A DNA stretch of 64,000 nt from a virus, in IMG/VR virus record IMGVR_UViG_3300033802_000463, positions 72,064 to 136,063 of that record. One strand, written 5' to 3'. A model generated the notes under the pieces. The model was not told where the DNA came from and made no database searches. It saw only the letters and a program-made list of their open reading frames with translations. The first letter of the stretch is position 1, and each line of letters starts with the position of its first letter. Below are positions 1 through 10,692 of the stretch, one piece after another. Made by a program: the position numbers and the translations under genes.

Positions 1-1151
1 AGGCTTTGATGGCGCGCTCCCATCGATACAACACGAAAGCTTCCGACTTCCCTTGCTTCCCGGATATTGATTTGATCCCGCAGGTGAAGCAGTCCGCCGG
101 GCACCGTATTAGCTGCCTTTTTCTTTAGACCGAACATCATCTCGTCGAATACTTTGTAATCCGTATAATCAATGATGTTTCCTGCGCTGTCGGTTTTGAC
201 ATACAAATTGGCATCGAAGATTTGTTTGCGAAAATCATCATGCCGGCGAATCATGTCATTAAGTTGGGCGACGGAATCCGCATCCAGCTGTATTCTTCCC
301 GAGCTGTGCATAGCAAGAACATCTTCAACGGTTGCTTGCCGCTGTCCGCGAATATACCGGCTGAATGCAAATTCCCGCTTTACGACACCTTCTGCATTTG
401 CTGCTGCCATTGTTTTAAGTTTGTCTTGCATGACATTAACGTATTGGCGAAACTCATCGCTGGTTCGGTAATTTACATTTCGCAATGCGTTCCGTGCATC
501 CAATGCATGATCGATCAGGCTTTGTTCAATGCCCTGCTGATGCAAGAGTCCGCGAAGCTGATCGTCAGTATAATGACTCAAAAATCCAGGATCTTCCCGC
601 CAACCAACCTTCATTGCCTCACGAACACGCTGCATGGGCGCGTTGCCAGCGCGCCGTTCCAGCTCCAGCATTACATCGCGGAAGCGAAGCCGATTTTCAA
701 TGCGGTAAGGGATATCATTTTGCAGCCGCTGATTGACTTGCCGAATATACCGCAGCATATCGTATTCATTTTCCGGATCCCGCGCAGTAGCAAAATCGCT
801 AAATTTGGACCTACGTTCATCCACGATGCGCCGGCGCCGCTCTGCAAAGTCACGCATCATTCTATCCAGGCGAGAAACGCTCATATCTTGACGCAACGCT
901 CCCTGATGATCGAGCGTTTCTCGCAGGGCTAGAAGCGACCCCTTTCCTTCAATCTCAAGAAATCGAGCAAACCGTTTCAGTGCTCCGATTCGATGCAGGA
1001 CCGCTAATGCACCGACGCCAATGGCGGCATTAACAAGCAATGAACGAGCAGGCGATTGATCATCTTCGTCACTTGTCAAGAAGCGCGTAAGAGGCCGTTC
1101 ATCTGTGCCATAATACTGCGCATACCTGGATTGTCCTGTTTCATCCGCCAT
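1..1151 (-). CDS. Large virion protein, probably tape measure (5' part; runs off the left edge)
   Basis: ATG at 1151 after GGTGA SD; reads MADETGQSRYAQYYGTDERPLTRF... towards the window edge; lies directly after two tail assembly chaperones. Confidence 0.55.
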   Translation of the reverse strand, partial: MADETGQSRYAQYYGTDERPLTRFLTSDEDDQSPARSLLVNAAIGVGALAVLHRIGALKRFARFLEIEGKGSLLALRETLDHQGALRQDMSVSRLDRMMRDFAERRRRIVDERRSKFSDFATARDPENEYDMLRYIRQVNQRLQNDIPYRIENRLRFRDVMLELERRAGNAPMQRVREAMKVGWREDPGFLSHYTDDQLRGLLHQQGIEQSLIDHALDARNALRNVNYRTSDEFRQYVNVMQDKLKTMAAANAEGVVKREFAFSRYIRGQRQATVEDVLAMHSSGRIQLDADSVAQLNDMIRRHDDFRKQIFDANLYVKTDSAGNIIDYTDYKVFDEMMFGLKKKAANTVPGGLLHLRDQINIREAREVGSFRVVSMGARHQS

Positions 1152-1175
1152 AACATTCACCTGCTTTTCTTTGCA

Positions 1176-1904
1176 TTATTCAAAATCCCCTTTCAGCTCC
1201 TCCTCTGCTCGGAACCAAGCCAGCTCTGGGAATATGTCATTCATCGTGTTCGGTTGATCCAAATTGACGGGTCTCCCTTCGGCTTGCGATAACATCCTCT
1301 CCACTTCTTCTTTGGAAAGCTGTTGATTTTTAGGGGAAACAGAATTAGTTTCTTGGACCGGCGGAGGGCTTACCGTATGTTGTTGCGGCTGCGCACCCGA
1401 TCCAGGTTGATGATTTGCACTTGTCTCCTGTTCAATCGGAACCAGCTGCACGCCTCTCAAATTCACCAGTACCCATTCTGCCCGCGCAAGATAATACATC
1501 ATTTTCTTGACGGACCAACTCTGAATTTCTTCCATTGAGATGTTCGGGAAAGCTTCATGAATAATCACGTCGGCTTGATAATCGAATATTGTCATATCTT
1601 GACGATATTGTTCCAGCAGCGCCTTCGCTTGGCCCTCTTGCAATCCGGATGCTTCAAGAATGAAATTGCTGATCGTTTCAGCAATTCCGGCAACATTATC
1701 AACAAAGTCATATGCTTGAGGATACAGTACTGCCTTTTGGCAAATAGCTTCCTGCATATCACTTATATTTTCTACGGAAAGAAGAATCTCTTTATATTCT
1801 TCTCGGCCAATGACCCGGAACACAAACTGTTGCTCCAGAATCGTTACTAAATAAACTTCCTCATACATGGATTTCCATTGTGCAATCTGTTCGTCACTCA
1901 GCAT
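1176..1904 (-). CDS. Tail assembly chaperone-like protein
   Basis: Paralog of the upstream ORF (W-K-x-x-Y, F/W-R-V-x-x-R-x-E-Y, VLYP, AG...I motifs); position between tube genes and tape measure. Confidence 0.6.
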   Translation of the reverse strand: MLSDEQIAQWKSMYEEVYLVTILEQQFVFRVIGREEYKEILLSVENISDMQEAICQKAVLYPQAYDFVDNVAGIAETISNFILEASGLQEGQAKALLEQYRQDMTIFDYQADVIIHEAFPNISMEEIQSWSVKKMMYYLARAEWVLVNLRGVQLVPIEQETSANHQPGSGAQPQQHTVSPPPVQETNSVSPKNQQLSKEEVERMLSQAEGRPVNLDQPNTMNDIFPELAWFRAEEELKGDFE

Positions 1905-1965
1905 ATCGATCCGCCCTTATATAAAAATCAAGCAGGACTCGACAGCCCTGCTTCGTTCTCATTGT

Positions 1966-2418
1966 TTAGAGTTTGATCGGCGCACTTTGGGCGACGAAAC
2001 CGGATTTATCCATGATATTTTCAGACAGCAAACTTGGAACGCCGGCTTTTTCCGTCTGCAGCATTTCCCGTGTCAAATTGCGCGGATACAATACGCACAT
2101 CACCGTGATTTCTTCTTCCCGGTCCATGGTGGTCAAGCTTTTATTATTAATGAGCGCATTGTATTCCCTGCGCTCCAGTACGCGCCAAATGTACACTTCA
2201 TTTTCAATCGGCGTGAAATAGACGCCTTTGGGATATTTTTGTTTCCATTCTTCAACTTCCCGTCGCGTTGGACCGAATCCATCGAAGATGGGCGAGTTCC
2301 ATTCTTCCTCTGTGTATCCAAATTCATTTACCGGCTCTTGCCTTTCTTGCTGATTTGCATTCCCGTTCTCAGGCTCTTTATTGGGATCCATGGGCGATTT
2401 CACTTGCTCCTCTTTCAT
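1966..2418 (-). CDS. Tail assembly chaperone-like protein
   Basis: Start MKEEQ at 2418 after GAAGGGG SD; WKQKY...WRVLERREY...CVLYP...AGVPSLLSENIM; synteny. Confidence 0.6.
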   Translation of the reverse strand: MKEEQVKSPMDPNKEPENGNANQQERQEPVNEFGYTEEEWNSPIFDGFGPTRREVEEWKQKYPKGVYFTPIENEVYIWRVLERREYNALINNKSLTTMDREEEITVMCVLYPRNLTREMLQTEKAGVPSLLSENIMDKSGFVAQSAPIKL

Positions 2419-2482
2419 TTTCGTTCCCCTTCCTCGAATCATTTTGTAATGCATTATTTTATTTTTATTATACTTGATTATT

Positions 2483-3262
2483 CTAGCGATATAAAGGCCC
2501 ATTTAAGTCTCTTGCAATAAAGCCATAGTATTCGACGATTGGCATCCCTTGCGCATCCGTTCCAATCCCGTGTTTGATCATGCTGTTAATTTGAACCCCA
2601 TTTATGGTCTCCACCGTGATATTTGGCGGTTTGCGGCTGAGACTTGTTGTTGCGAAATTGGGCAGATTCGGATTCATGGCTTCGGATACTGCGCCATAAT
2701 TGATTTTAATGTCAAACCCGATCGGATCGTGACGGAAGTACGTACTTGCGCTGGATGACAGCAGATTCTTCTCATCATCTTTCAAACCCCATAATGCCCG
2801 CTCATAATCATCGGCAATCTGATCGAAACTCTCTTTTCCGTACATGCTCAAAATCTCATCGAGCTTATATTTTTTGAAGTCATCCGGTTTGATGACACCT
2901 TCTTTTTGAGCGCTTTGCACTGCATACATCACGGCATTGGCGTTTTCTAAAATCTGCTGCAGATATCCGACTTGCTTGAAGTTAATGCCAAATGATCCTT
3001 GAATCAGTCGGCGACCGCGCGCAACTGCATCAAACGTATAAGAAGCATATCCATAGATCGGTAATACTTCTTCCTGCAGCTGAAAATTGAGTGATATGGC
3101 CTCATCCACCCAAATATCCCCGAAGAACAAATTCACATCTGCACCGGAAAAATAATCCTCCGAAAACAATTGGTATTCCAGCCTTGTGTCCGGCCGTCGA
3201 TACAAATTTCCTTGCGGAGCCGGTTTCATGCCTCGAAAGTTACCGTATAAATTGTATGCCAT
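2483..3262 (-). CDS. Tail tube-like paralog (tube initiator/baseplate hub candidate)
   Basis: FSGADV...PIYG...ARGRRLIQGS motif shared with the tube protein. Confidence 0.55.
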   Translation of the reverse strand: MAYNLYGNFRGMKPAPQGNLYRRPDTRLEYQLFSEDYFSGADVNLFFGDIWVDEAISLNFQLQEEVLPIYGYASYTFDAVARGRRLIQGSFGINFKQVGYLQQILENANAVMYAVQSAQKEGVIKPDDFKKYKLDEILSMYGKESFDQIADDYERALWGLKDDEKNLLSSSASTYFRHDPIGFDIKINYGAVSEAMNPNLPNFATTSLSRKPPNITVETINGVQINSMIKHGIGTDAQGMPIVEYYGFIARDLNGPLYR

Positions 3263-3771
3263 TACATACCCGCTCCTTGTCTGATCCTTGTCAAAGGATC
3301 AATATCGAGTGCATAAAACTCATAAGTGTTTTCGATCAAAAGGTTGTTGGCGGACAATACTTTGCCCTCAGTATAGGTGGTGATGCCGTAGATCGTCATC
3401 TTGCTTCGCTGCCCATATTCGTTTGCCATACTGATGGTGACATCAAACATTGGCATTTCATCCATCAGCATTCGATAGCCTTGTGCAGCCACTTCTTCCA
3501 TCGCCCGATAAACGATTGTCTCATCGAAGACGGTGAAACTGAGAATCCCGGTAATTGTCCGCGCGCCGCGGGTAAATCCTTTCATGGTATGGCGACCGAG
3601 CGCTCGAACAGGATATTTTTCTCTGAATACGGAATACGAAATCGTTGACAGCTCGCCAAATACAACCGGACCTTGGCCTGGAATATTTAACGTCGCAACC
3701 ATGTCGGTTCCGCCATAACTGGTGAATGTTCGCATGTATTCGCTCGGCATGATTCTTGCCATGATTCTCAC
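3262..3771 (-). CDS. Tail tube-like paralog
   Basis: GELSTISYSVFRE...FTRGARTITG...ISMANEYGQR, closely similar to 3829-4557. Confidence 0.65.
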   Translation of the reverse strand: MRIMARIMPSEYMRTFTSYGGTDMVATLNIPGQGPVVFGELSTISYSVFREKYPVRALGRHTMKGFTRGARTITGILSFTVFDETIVYRAMEEVAAQGYRMLMDEMPMFDVTISMANEYGQRSKMTIYGITTYTEGKVLSANNLLIENTYEFYALDIDPLTRIRQGAGM

Positions 3772-3828
3772 CTCTTTCCGGTATGTAAAATGGGACAGCC
3801 GTACAGCTGCCCCATTGAAATTGGCGGC

Positions 3829-4557
3829 TTATGCGAACAAGTTTTTGAAGTAGTTCCCAACCGTCCCGTTGTAGGAGTCTTCGCCGGAGTTGCGGAGGTT
3901 CTCCTTTGGCGTAACTCCTTTGATCTTGCGGGCAACCCAAGTATATGCTTTTGCCGAAACGACATCATCAACAGAGAATCCGGAACCTTCGTTCAAAATT
4001 TGAACGCCATAGATCTCCATGCCTGCACGTTGGCCGAACTCGTTTGCCATCGAGATCGAGATATTGAACGGCATCAATTGGTCTGCATACTCCGGAGTAT
4101 AAAACCCGGTAATTGCAGCATCATTGAACTGACCTTCGCCTTGAACGTTCGCATAACCCAATTGCGTCATCACATCATCCCAGGCTCTTACGCCGTAGCC
4201 GCGCTCGGTCCCCTTGAGTCCTGAGAGGATCGCATTCTCGTATGGATCCATATTGGCGACAAATTGCTGGAATGTTTGCATGATCGGCGCGCCCTGATAT
4301 TGCTTTTTCATTTCATCCATCAATGCATCGCGGTCAAACTGGGTGAAAATCAGTGAACCGCTGATTCCCCTTTTGCCGCGGCTAAAGCTTCTTGGATCCG
4401 GAGAACCCATCGTGTAAATTGGGGCCACTTCACGGACAACTGAATAGCTGATGGCTTGCAATTCGCCAATCACCCGGCCGTTAAAGGTTGCCACAATATC
4501 CGCTCCGGAAAAAGAACTGAACGTTCGAGTATATCCTTCCATGTTCGGTCCAGCCAT
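3829..4557 (-). CDS. Major tail tube protein
   Basis: Immediately downstream of sheath; SFSGADIVATF...GELQAISYSV.RE...SRGKRGISGSL. Confidence 0.75.
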   Translation of the reverse strand: MAGPNMEGYTRTFSSFSGADIVATFNGRVIGELQAISYSVVREVAPIYTMGSPDPRSFSRGKRGISGSLIFTQFDRDALMDEMKKQYQGAPIMQTFQQFVANMDPYENAILSGLKGTERGYGVRAWDDVMTQLGYANVQGEGQFNDAAITGFYTPEYADQLMPFNISISMANEFGQRAGMEIYGVQILNEGSGFSVDDVVSAKAYTWVARKIKGVTPKENLRNSGEDSYNGTVGNYFKNLFA

Positions 4558-4583
4558 AATGATTTCACTCCTTTGGTTTAATT

Positions 4584-4611
4584 CATGCGGGAGCTCTACA
4601 GCCCCCGCATG
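4584..4611 (-). terminator. Hairpin between sheath and tube genes (weak terminator or processing site)
   Basis: CATGCGGG...CCCGCATG inverted repeat; no clear U-tract. Confidence 0.35.
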
Positions 4612-4653
4612 GTTGTATCATTTTGGTGTTGTTTATTAAACTAAACCAAACCT

Positions 4654-7452
4654 TTAGGAAGCTTTCAGCACAACTGAGGTCAAGAACTTCCTCGTTTCAA
4701 ATTGCGGCACAAGCTCCAGCGTGACAAATGCATTGCCAAGCACGGCATCTTGTACAGAGCTGTAGATCGTGAACTTGAAGCGCTGAATGACACCAAGCTC
4801 CTTCAGGCGATCCAGTCCTGCCTGGATTTCGGCCGACAGCGCATTTCGCTGTGCCAGACCATTTGGCAATCCGATGAACGGGTCAGCCTTTTTGCGGATG
4901 AGTTGAACCGCTGTGTGCGTGATTCGGAGCGTGGAAAGACGAGTGTAATCCGAAGTCGGGCTTGCTGCCGTGATGCCGTCTTTTACCACAAACCGAGATG
5001 AGTTCCCGGCATTGCCGCCGAAAATCTTACGGTCAAACGTCACGTATCGACCGCCTACAAGCTGATTGTGCTGCGCTTCCGACAAAATGTAACGGAGTCC
5101 GGTCACTGAATCCAATGCTTGGTTCGTAGTTGCCACTTCCGGATTCAATGTCGTAATCAGAGCGCCGTAGATTGTTGCCCCGCTCGTAACATAATTGCCG
5201 AGCTTGTCGCTCGATTGGCCAATCTCAGGTCCGAACAAAACGCTGATATAGCGGCCGACATCAATTCGATTGCCTTCATCATCCAGGACATATTCGAAGT
5301 TGGCCTCGTTGTACATGTAGTGTTCGTTCGTATAATCCAGGCGGATACCTTGCTCTTTGTACAAAGCTTGCCGGTCATCGCTGAGGCTTTGCGGCGAGAT
5401 GGCGCCCGTCAGCAAATCTACGTACTCTTGTACGGCCACCAGGCTGGAATCCAGAGCCGGTGCGACGCCGATTACCCCGATGGTCTCCCACGTTTTGGCC
5501 GTGACCACCGCGCAGTGTTGTGCCAGCTGTGTTGCGAAGTTCTTGTTCGGCTGCTCGCTATCAACAACCGTGTTTGCATAAGCATCCAACAGCACGATAA
5601 CATCCACGACATAGTTCTCCAAGCTGGAGTAGATGCCTTGCTTAACCAGCTTGGTTTCACCCTTCGCATTTTGTTCGTATACGCCGCCCAGTTTTTCAAA
5701 CAGCTTTTTCATGTCCTCTTCTTTGGTAACATCGAAAATGCCGTCTTGGCCAAGCCACGGATAACGTTCAGGCGTATGCTGCGGAGCCGAAGGATCTTCT
5801 TTCAGGACACTCGGTGCCTCTTGTCCAAGATAGACTGCTTCCGGAATAGCCCCTTCGCCGGTTTGCAGCAATCCTTTAATCGGTACACTGCCAAATGCGT
5901 TGTCGCAAGACAAGTACACGATATTGTTCATCGGGTCATTGTTGACATGCTTGATGAACTCGCGCATCGTGCGCACTTTGACTTTTGCCAGATCAGCCGT
6001 CTTGTACACCAATGCTTCATCCGATGCATACAGTTTCTTTTCTTCCGGTTTGAAGAACGTGATAATCTTTTCATTGTCAGCCGCATGCTCCGGATCGATT
6101 TCAACTTTCACGGATACACCGCGAATAGATTCGGGATCATAAATATCCGTCAGGCTGCCGTAAATGGAACCCGGATATTTCCCTTCAACGACCAGTTTCG
6201 GATCCTGCACAGTGCTCGCCGAAGTCTTATAGGAAGCAAACAATTGCGCTCCGACCGGAACCGCACCGGCAAATACCGTCACTTTCTTGTTGATCGCGCT
6301 GTAAGAGAAATCAACGCCTTCAACAAGCTCGTATTTGTTTGTGCCAACCATGTAGTAGACCTTGAAATTTTCCGCTTGCGGCGTGTAGTTCAGGTCATAC
6401 TCGGCATCAACACCCGGGATTCGCTCCGTCACTGAATTTTCATTGATCAGCGACGTATACCAGGCATATTCCACCATGACCTGCACGTTGCCGGTAATGC
6501 TTGGATACGTCCCTTTTGCCACTTCTGCATCATAAGCAGCTGTGAAGAAAATTCCGCCGTCCGCATAATCTTGATCAGACCATGGATCTCTCAGCGGATC
6601 CGCCACTTGACCTTTACCCACGCGATAGATATACTCGCCGGTCGGCGTCATAGATGGAATGGTATACACTTCATTATTCGTCAGGTCTTTCACCACGACG
6701 GTTGGGATATGGCCGCTTTCCAGCTTATTGGACCAATTGCGGCGAGACGAATAGAAGTAGTGCGTATTCACGGTGTCCCGTGTCAGCGTATAGTCCGGAT
6801 CGCTGTAGTCCGGGATGTCGCCTGAATCTCTCTTCGGAACCAGCGTATAGCTTCTGGTTTCGTAATTGTAGGTCACTTTAACATCATCCATCGGCCGCAT
6901 TTTATTGGCATAAAAGTAAGCCTTCTCTTGGCCGGGCGTGCGATCCACATAATCCAGGGCATTCGCAATAACCGTCGAATTGTTTTCCTTGTCGATCGCT
7001 TCGATCTTTGTAATTTCAACGAGCTCACCTCCGGCCGGAACATTCAGATTCACGCTAAACGCCGTGTTGCCGCCCGCATAATCAAGGAACTGCTCCATGT
7101 TGCGCGCAATATCTTTGGCCTTCAGTTCCGTCCGCGCGGATACGCCATCGATGCGCAGCAAACGAACATCTTCGTTGCCGGCGCGAATCGCTTCATACAT
7201 GCCACGAATCAGGCTTGCTCTGACCGGTTCTTTCGTTCTGCGGTCCACCAGTCCGCCGAACAGTTTTTCAGCGGATTTGATGCCGATATCACGAACCGAG
7301 ATCGGTTCTCCTACAGGACCATCCACCGCACTGCCAATGAGCAAAATCGATTGCGTATTTGCTGCAAGGCGCTGATCACCAGCATAAAGATTCCCATCTT
7401 CATAAGTGACTTTGACACCAGGGAGATTTTGATACTTCTCTGTCTGTGCCAT
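4654..7452 (-). CDS. Tail sheath protein (contractile tail) with large insertion domains
   Basis: N-terminal LPGV...IGSAVDGPVGEP; C-terminal YTRLSTLRI...FIG.PN...LELVPQFE typical of sheath; 932 aa. Confidence 0.85.
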   Translation of the reverse strand: MAQTEKYQNLPGVKVTYEDGNLYAGDQRLAANTQSILLIGSAVDGPVGEPISVRDIGIKSAEKLFGGLVDRRTKEPVRASLIRGMYEAIRAGNEDVRLLRIDGVSARTELKAKDIARNMEQFLDYAGGNTAFSVNLNVPAGGELVEITKIEAIDKENNSTVIANALDYVDRTPGQEKAYFYANKMRPMDDVKVTYNYETRSYTLVPKRDSGDIPDYSDPDYTLTRDTVNTHYFYSSRRNWSNKLESGHIPTVVVKDLTNNEVYTIPSMTPTGEYIYRVGKGQVADPLRDPWSDQDYADGGIFFTAAYDAEVAKGTYPSITGNVQVMVEYAWYTSLINENSVTERIPGVDAEYDLNYTPQAENFKVYYMVGTNKYELVEGVDFSYSAINKKVTVFAGAVPVGAQLFASYKTSASTVQDPKLVVEGKYPGSIYGSLTDIYDPESIRGVSVKVEIDPEHAADNEKIITFFKPEEKKLYASDEALVYKTADLAKVKVRTMREFIKHVNNDPMNNIVYLSCDNAFGSVPIKGLLQTGEGAIPEAVYLGQEAPSVLKEDPSAPQHTPERYPWLGQDGIFDVTKEEDMKKLFEKLGGVYEQNAKGETKLVKQGIYSSLENYVVDVIVLLDAYANTVVDSEQPNKNFATQLAQHCAVVTAKTWETIGVIGVAPALDSSLVAVQEYVDLLTGAISPQSLSDDRQALYKEQGIRLDYTNEHYMYNEANFEYVLDDEGNRIDVGRYISVLFGPEIGQSSDKLGNYVTSGATIYGALITTLNPEVATTNQALDSVTGLRYILSEAQHNQLVGGRYVTFDRKIFGGNAGNSSRFVVKDGITAASPTSDYTRLSTLRITHTAVQLIRKKADPFIGLPNGLAQRNALSAEIQAGLDRLKELGVIQRFKFTIYSSVQDAVLGNAFVTLELVPQFETRKFLTSVVLKAS

Positions 7453-7470
7453 GTTTTTCTCCTCCTTTAA

Positions 7471-8079
7471 TTAAGCTTGGGGCTTGACTGCTTTTGCTTG
7501 AGCAAGGATCTGCTCAATTTGATTTAGGAATACAGGGGTGACTTTTTCAAACCGCATTGTATATTGGATCGGCCTAACGGCAATTGGGAACCGATAGTCC
7601 GTGATCACCTTATCAGATTCTTGGGCGTAAAAAAGCATTTCTTGAACACCGTTTCGCTTGAAATAGCCTTTATACATCTGAATAAAGTCATCAAGCTCAT
7701 CTACGATGTAATCCGCATCTTCTGCGGACGTGGAATAAACGGTAAACTCCACCCAAACATCAAAAATTTGACCATAGAGTTGAACATATTGATCTGGAAC
7801 ATAAGGATGACGAATCGTTGTTCGAATCCTTGGTTTAATATCCTTGAAATCCTGATTCACCAGGCGCCGCAAAATCTTGAATGTAATCAAAGGAAATTCA
7901 GCTTCATCATCCAATGGTGTGTCCCGCTTAATGATTCCAGGCTTGCCAGCCAACTTCCATAGTCGATTCAGATCGTCAATGAAGCTTAGGAATGTGGCGG
8001 CTTTTTCCGATCGGAGCCGAGCATCAAGGTAAGGATCTTGCTCCGGATCATAGCCGTCTGCATAGATTTCCTGATTCAT
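7471..8079 (-). CDS. Tail completion/terminator-like protein
   Basis: Position just upstream of sheath; about 200 aa. Confidence 0.45.
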   Translation of the reverse strand: MNQEIYADGYDPEQDPYLDARLRSEKAATFLSFIDDLNRLWKLAGKPGIIKRDTPLDDEAEFPLITFKILRRLVNQDFKDIKPRIRTTIRHPYVPDQYVQLYGQIFDVWVEFTVYSTSAEDADYIVDELDDFIQMYKGYFKRNGVQEMLFYAQESDKVITDYRFPIAVRPIQYTMRFEKVTPVFLNQIEQILAQAKAVKPQA

Positions 8080-9110
8080 CTTCTCACCCTCACTTGTACC
8101 GTAGAACTCATGCGATACACCGAAAATATAGGCACAATCTCAATATCGGTGCGCATATAAGGACCATCAGCATAGACTTCAAAAGTTCCAGATGTAATGC
8201 GATTCAAATCAATATAAGATTGAATCGTACTTGCAGCAATGAGCCGCAAATCCTCAAGAACAGGAATATATCCAACGCGCCCCACCAAAAGATCCTGCTT
8301 CTCGGCAATCTCTTGAATAAGCCATTGTGCGATTCGAAAATTCGCAATGTGCTTATGCGCACTGCCTGGTGTGGAGACCGCACAGCTTGATGTTGCACAT
8401 ACAACGCCTTTCTTGAATGTTTTTTTGAAACACACAATTCCGGCCGCACCAAGCTCATCTATTTCTTTATTGCTATATTCGGTTGCGAGTTCTACATCAA
8501 GAGTTTTATTAACAGGACTGATTTCAGGATTCAGTGAAGACAAGAACCCGGCATATACCGCGGCAGCTTTCTTCTCCTTCATCTGATCAGCAACGACGGA
8601 AAGATATTTTCCTTGCTCCTCGATGCCATCTTCAACAGGAACTGACAATTTCATGATTGGAATATATAACTCCCGAAGGTTGTCCATTTCCTTTGATCCA
8701 GCATCGAAAAAACCATGGATGAGCTGCCCCATCTCCTCTTTTTCTTTGGCGAACGCAATAAACGATGAAATCAGCGAACCTGCTTCTGAAAAAGTGAGCC
8801 CATCATTGTAAATCAGGTCGAATGGAAATTTAATCAGATAACCCCATGCTTTTTGAAAAGCATTTGGTTCAATCCTCATCAGATAAACCCCAGAACTGTT
8901 GCCGGCAGCCACATCATTCAGACGATCGATCAGCGGACCAGAGCCAAATACTGCCTTGGCAATCTCTACATTAGAGATGGGAATTGGGTTGTATAATTCG
9001 CCTTGGGTTGACTCGCCAAGAAGCACAAGTCGCTTTCCTGTCGGCAAATACGTGGAGAAGTAGCTGTTTGGCAACTGGATATACTCAATGCTCTGTGAGG
9101 GCTGCATCAT
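8076..9110 (-). CDS. Short sheath-like paralog
   Basis: LLGESTQGELYNPI and C-terminal IANFRI...IEIVPIFSV mirror the sheath termini; start MMQPS at 9110. Confidence 0.6.
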   Translation of the reverse strand: MMQPSQSIEYIQLPNSYFSTYLPTGKRLVLLGESTQGELYNPIPISNVEIAKAVFGSGPLIDRLNDVAAGNSSGVYLMRIEPNAFQKAWGYLIKFPFDLIYNDGLTFSEAGSLISSFIAFAKEKEEMGQLIHGFFDAGSKEMDNLRELYIPIMKLSVPVEDGIEEQGKYLSVVADQMKEKKAAAVYAGFLSSLNPEISPVNKTLDVELATEYSNKEIDELGAAGIVCFKKTFKKGVVCATSSCAVSTPGSAHKHIANFRIAQWLIQEIAEKQDLLVGRVGYIPVLEDLRLIAASTIQSYIDLNRITSGTFEVYADGPYMRTDIEIVPIFSVYRMSSTVQVRVRR

Positions 9111-9567
9111 CTTCACTACCTTTGTAGATCGACCGTGTATACACCTGATAAAATTCGACCCGACCATTCTTCCCTCGCTTCACTGCTGAATAACTAATTT
9201 CCTGTTTATCCAAAATGCGAATCGGGTTGTTTCCTTTCCATTCAATTTCGAGGATCAAATCGTTATCTTTTGGGTTCACATCATGCTCGAAATAGTAGAT
9301 GTATGCTTTGGGAACCAGTCGGCCCGCCGGCGTCCCCTGGTTCACCCCTGAAAGCGTCATCGGCTCTGAATTGGGTCTTCGGAACGTTCGGATCTTATGA
9401 ATGGTCACGCAATAACCGGTCCCGTAGCATTTGGGGCATCCACCTCCAGACTCCCCGCTTCTTTCCACATAACATTCGCATCGAAACCTTATGTCACGCC
9501 TTACATAGATCACCGGATAACCGACTTGATCCAGAAGCTTGGCAAGATCAGCGCGCAAATCACGCAT
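9085..9567 (-). CDS. Neck/head-closure protein with Cys cluster
   Basis: RCEC...CPKC.GTG motif; position in head-tail junction. Confidence 0.5.
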   Translation of the reverse strand: MRDLRADLAKLLDQVGYPVIYVRRDIRFRCECYVERSGESGGGCPKCYGTGYCVTIHKIRTFRRPNSEPMTLSGVNQGTPAGRLVPKAYIYYFEHDVNPKDNDLILEIEWKGNNPIRILDKQEISYSAVKRGKNGRVEFYQVYTRSIYKGSEDDAALTEH

Positions 9568-10514
9568 CAGAATCCACCCCTATCATCTGGCGTTACCGTG
9601 TTTCTTCGGAATCCAGCAGAAATCGGAGCTGCGTATCCACGGCGATCACGGTTCATCAAATGATCCGTCCAGTATTTCGTTTGCAATTCCACTTCATTCA
9701 TCATGGCCTTAATCGCATCCAAGACCCCGGCCCCGATCAGCTTCGGATCCGCTTTCTCGGAAACGCTCAAATCGCCAAGTGAAGTCATCAGTTCGCTGGA
9801 AATACTGAACTCAGGATCGCCAAGTTTCATTTTCTCAGCAAGCCGAATGTAGAGCGTTCCAAGCAAAAATCTGGCTGCCTCATAAGGCACATATCGCGTG
9901 ACACCAAAATATTCGGTCCTTGAATCCAGGAGCGGCCGAAAACGCGGACTATTCACGTCAGGATGCATATTCAGAAGCACATAAGCCTTTTGTCCGGCGT
10001 CTCGAAGCGCAACATACACTTCATGAATCGTAAAATAATCACACAAACTCTTCATGATGTTTTGCACTTCAAGGAGCTGGTTGCCAAAAAGAGGACCATA
10101 CTGACTGGTAAAGATCTTCTTGATCTTTTCCTTCGGGCTTAGTCCAGATTCTGACTTCACAGATGTATCTACAACAACCGTATAGGTATGGTTGTACTGG
10201 AAGCCGTCTCTTGGCCTGAAAACCAGTTTCCTTGCCTTAACATCGGACAGCTTTGCATCCTCTAAAGTCATTCTTGTGCCATCTGCGGTTTCCACATAAA
10301 TAGTGCCCGGCATTCCATATACTGCAGAAGGTGTGAATGATTCAACAGGAATATTTAACATACTGCCATCACCTCCCATGAAATTTCGGCTTGAATCTTT
10401 TGGCGATGGCGATGTAATCACCGGGCAAAAACATAAAAACAGCCTGAAAGCAGATTCTTTGGCCTGTTTCTTCCAGTGTAACACGCGCAACGCCATAATG
10501 ACTATTTTCATCAA
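9567..10514 (-). CDS. Head-tail adaptor/neck protein with Ig-like N-terminal part (true start uncertain, possibly ATG 10361)
   Basis: LVFRP...YTVVV...VKS Ig-like pattern followed by a helical region; synteny. Confidence 0.45.
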   Translation of the reverse strand: MMKIVIMALRVLHWKKQAKESAFRLFLCFCPVITSPSPKDSSRNFMGGDGSMLNIPVESFTPSAVYGMPGTIYVETADGTRMTLEDAKLSDVKARKLVFRPRDGFQYNHTYTVVVDTSVKSESGLSPKEKIKKIFTSQYGPLFGNQLLEVQNIMKSLCDYFTIHEVYVALRDAGQKAYVLLNMHPDVNSPRFRPLLDSRTEYFGVTRYVPYEAARFLLGTLYIRLAEKMKLGDPEFSISSELMTSLGDLSVSEKADPKLIGAGVLDAIKAMMNEVELQTKYWTDHLMNRDRRGYAAPISAGFRRNTVTPDDRGGF

Positions 10515-10692
10515 AATAATTCAAGGGATACCGTACATGCAAAATCATTGGAATCACAGCAATATCCTAGCTTTAGTCAATAATTCTAAAATAATCATTG
10601 AGTTTTTGCTGTATTCTCGAACGATTTCACTGCACCATCACCCTTCTTCATCGTTATGTAACGCTCTCCAAAACACTTGGAGAGCATAATTG

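Noticed and set aside
1904-1990. Programmed frameshift between the tail chaperone genes
   Set aside because: No clear slippery heptamer; the genes are separated by a hairpin and the second has its own start.
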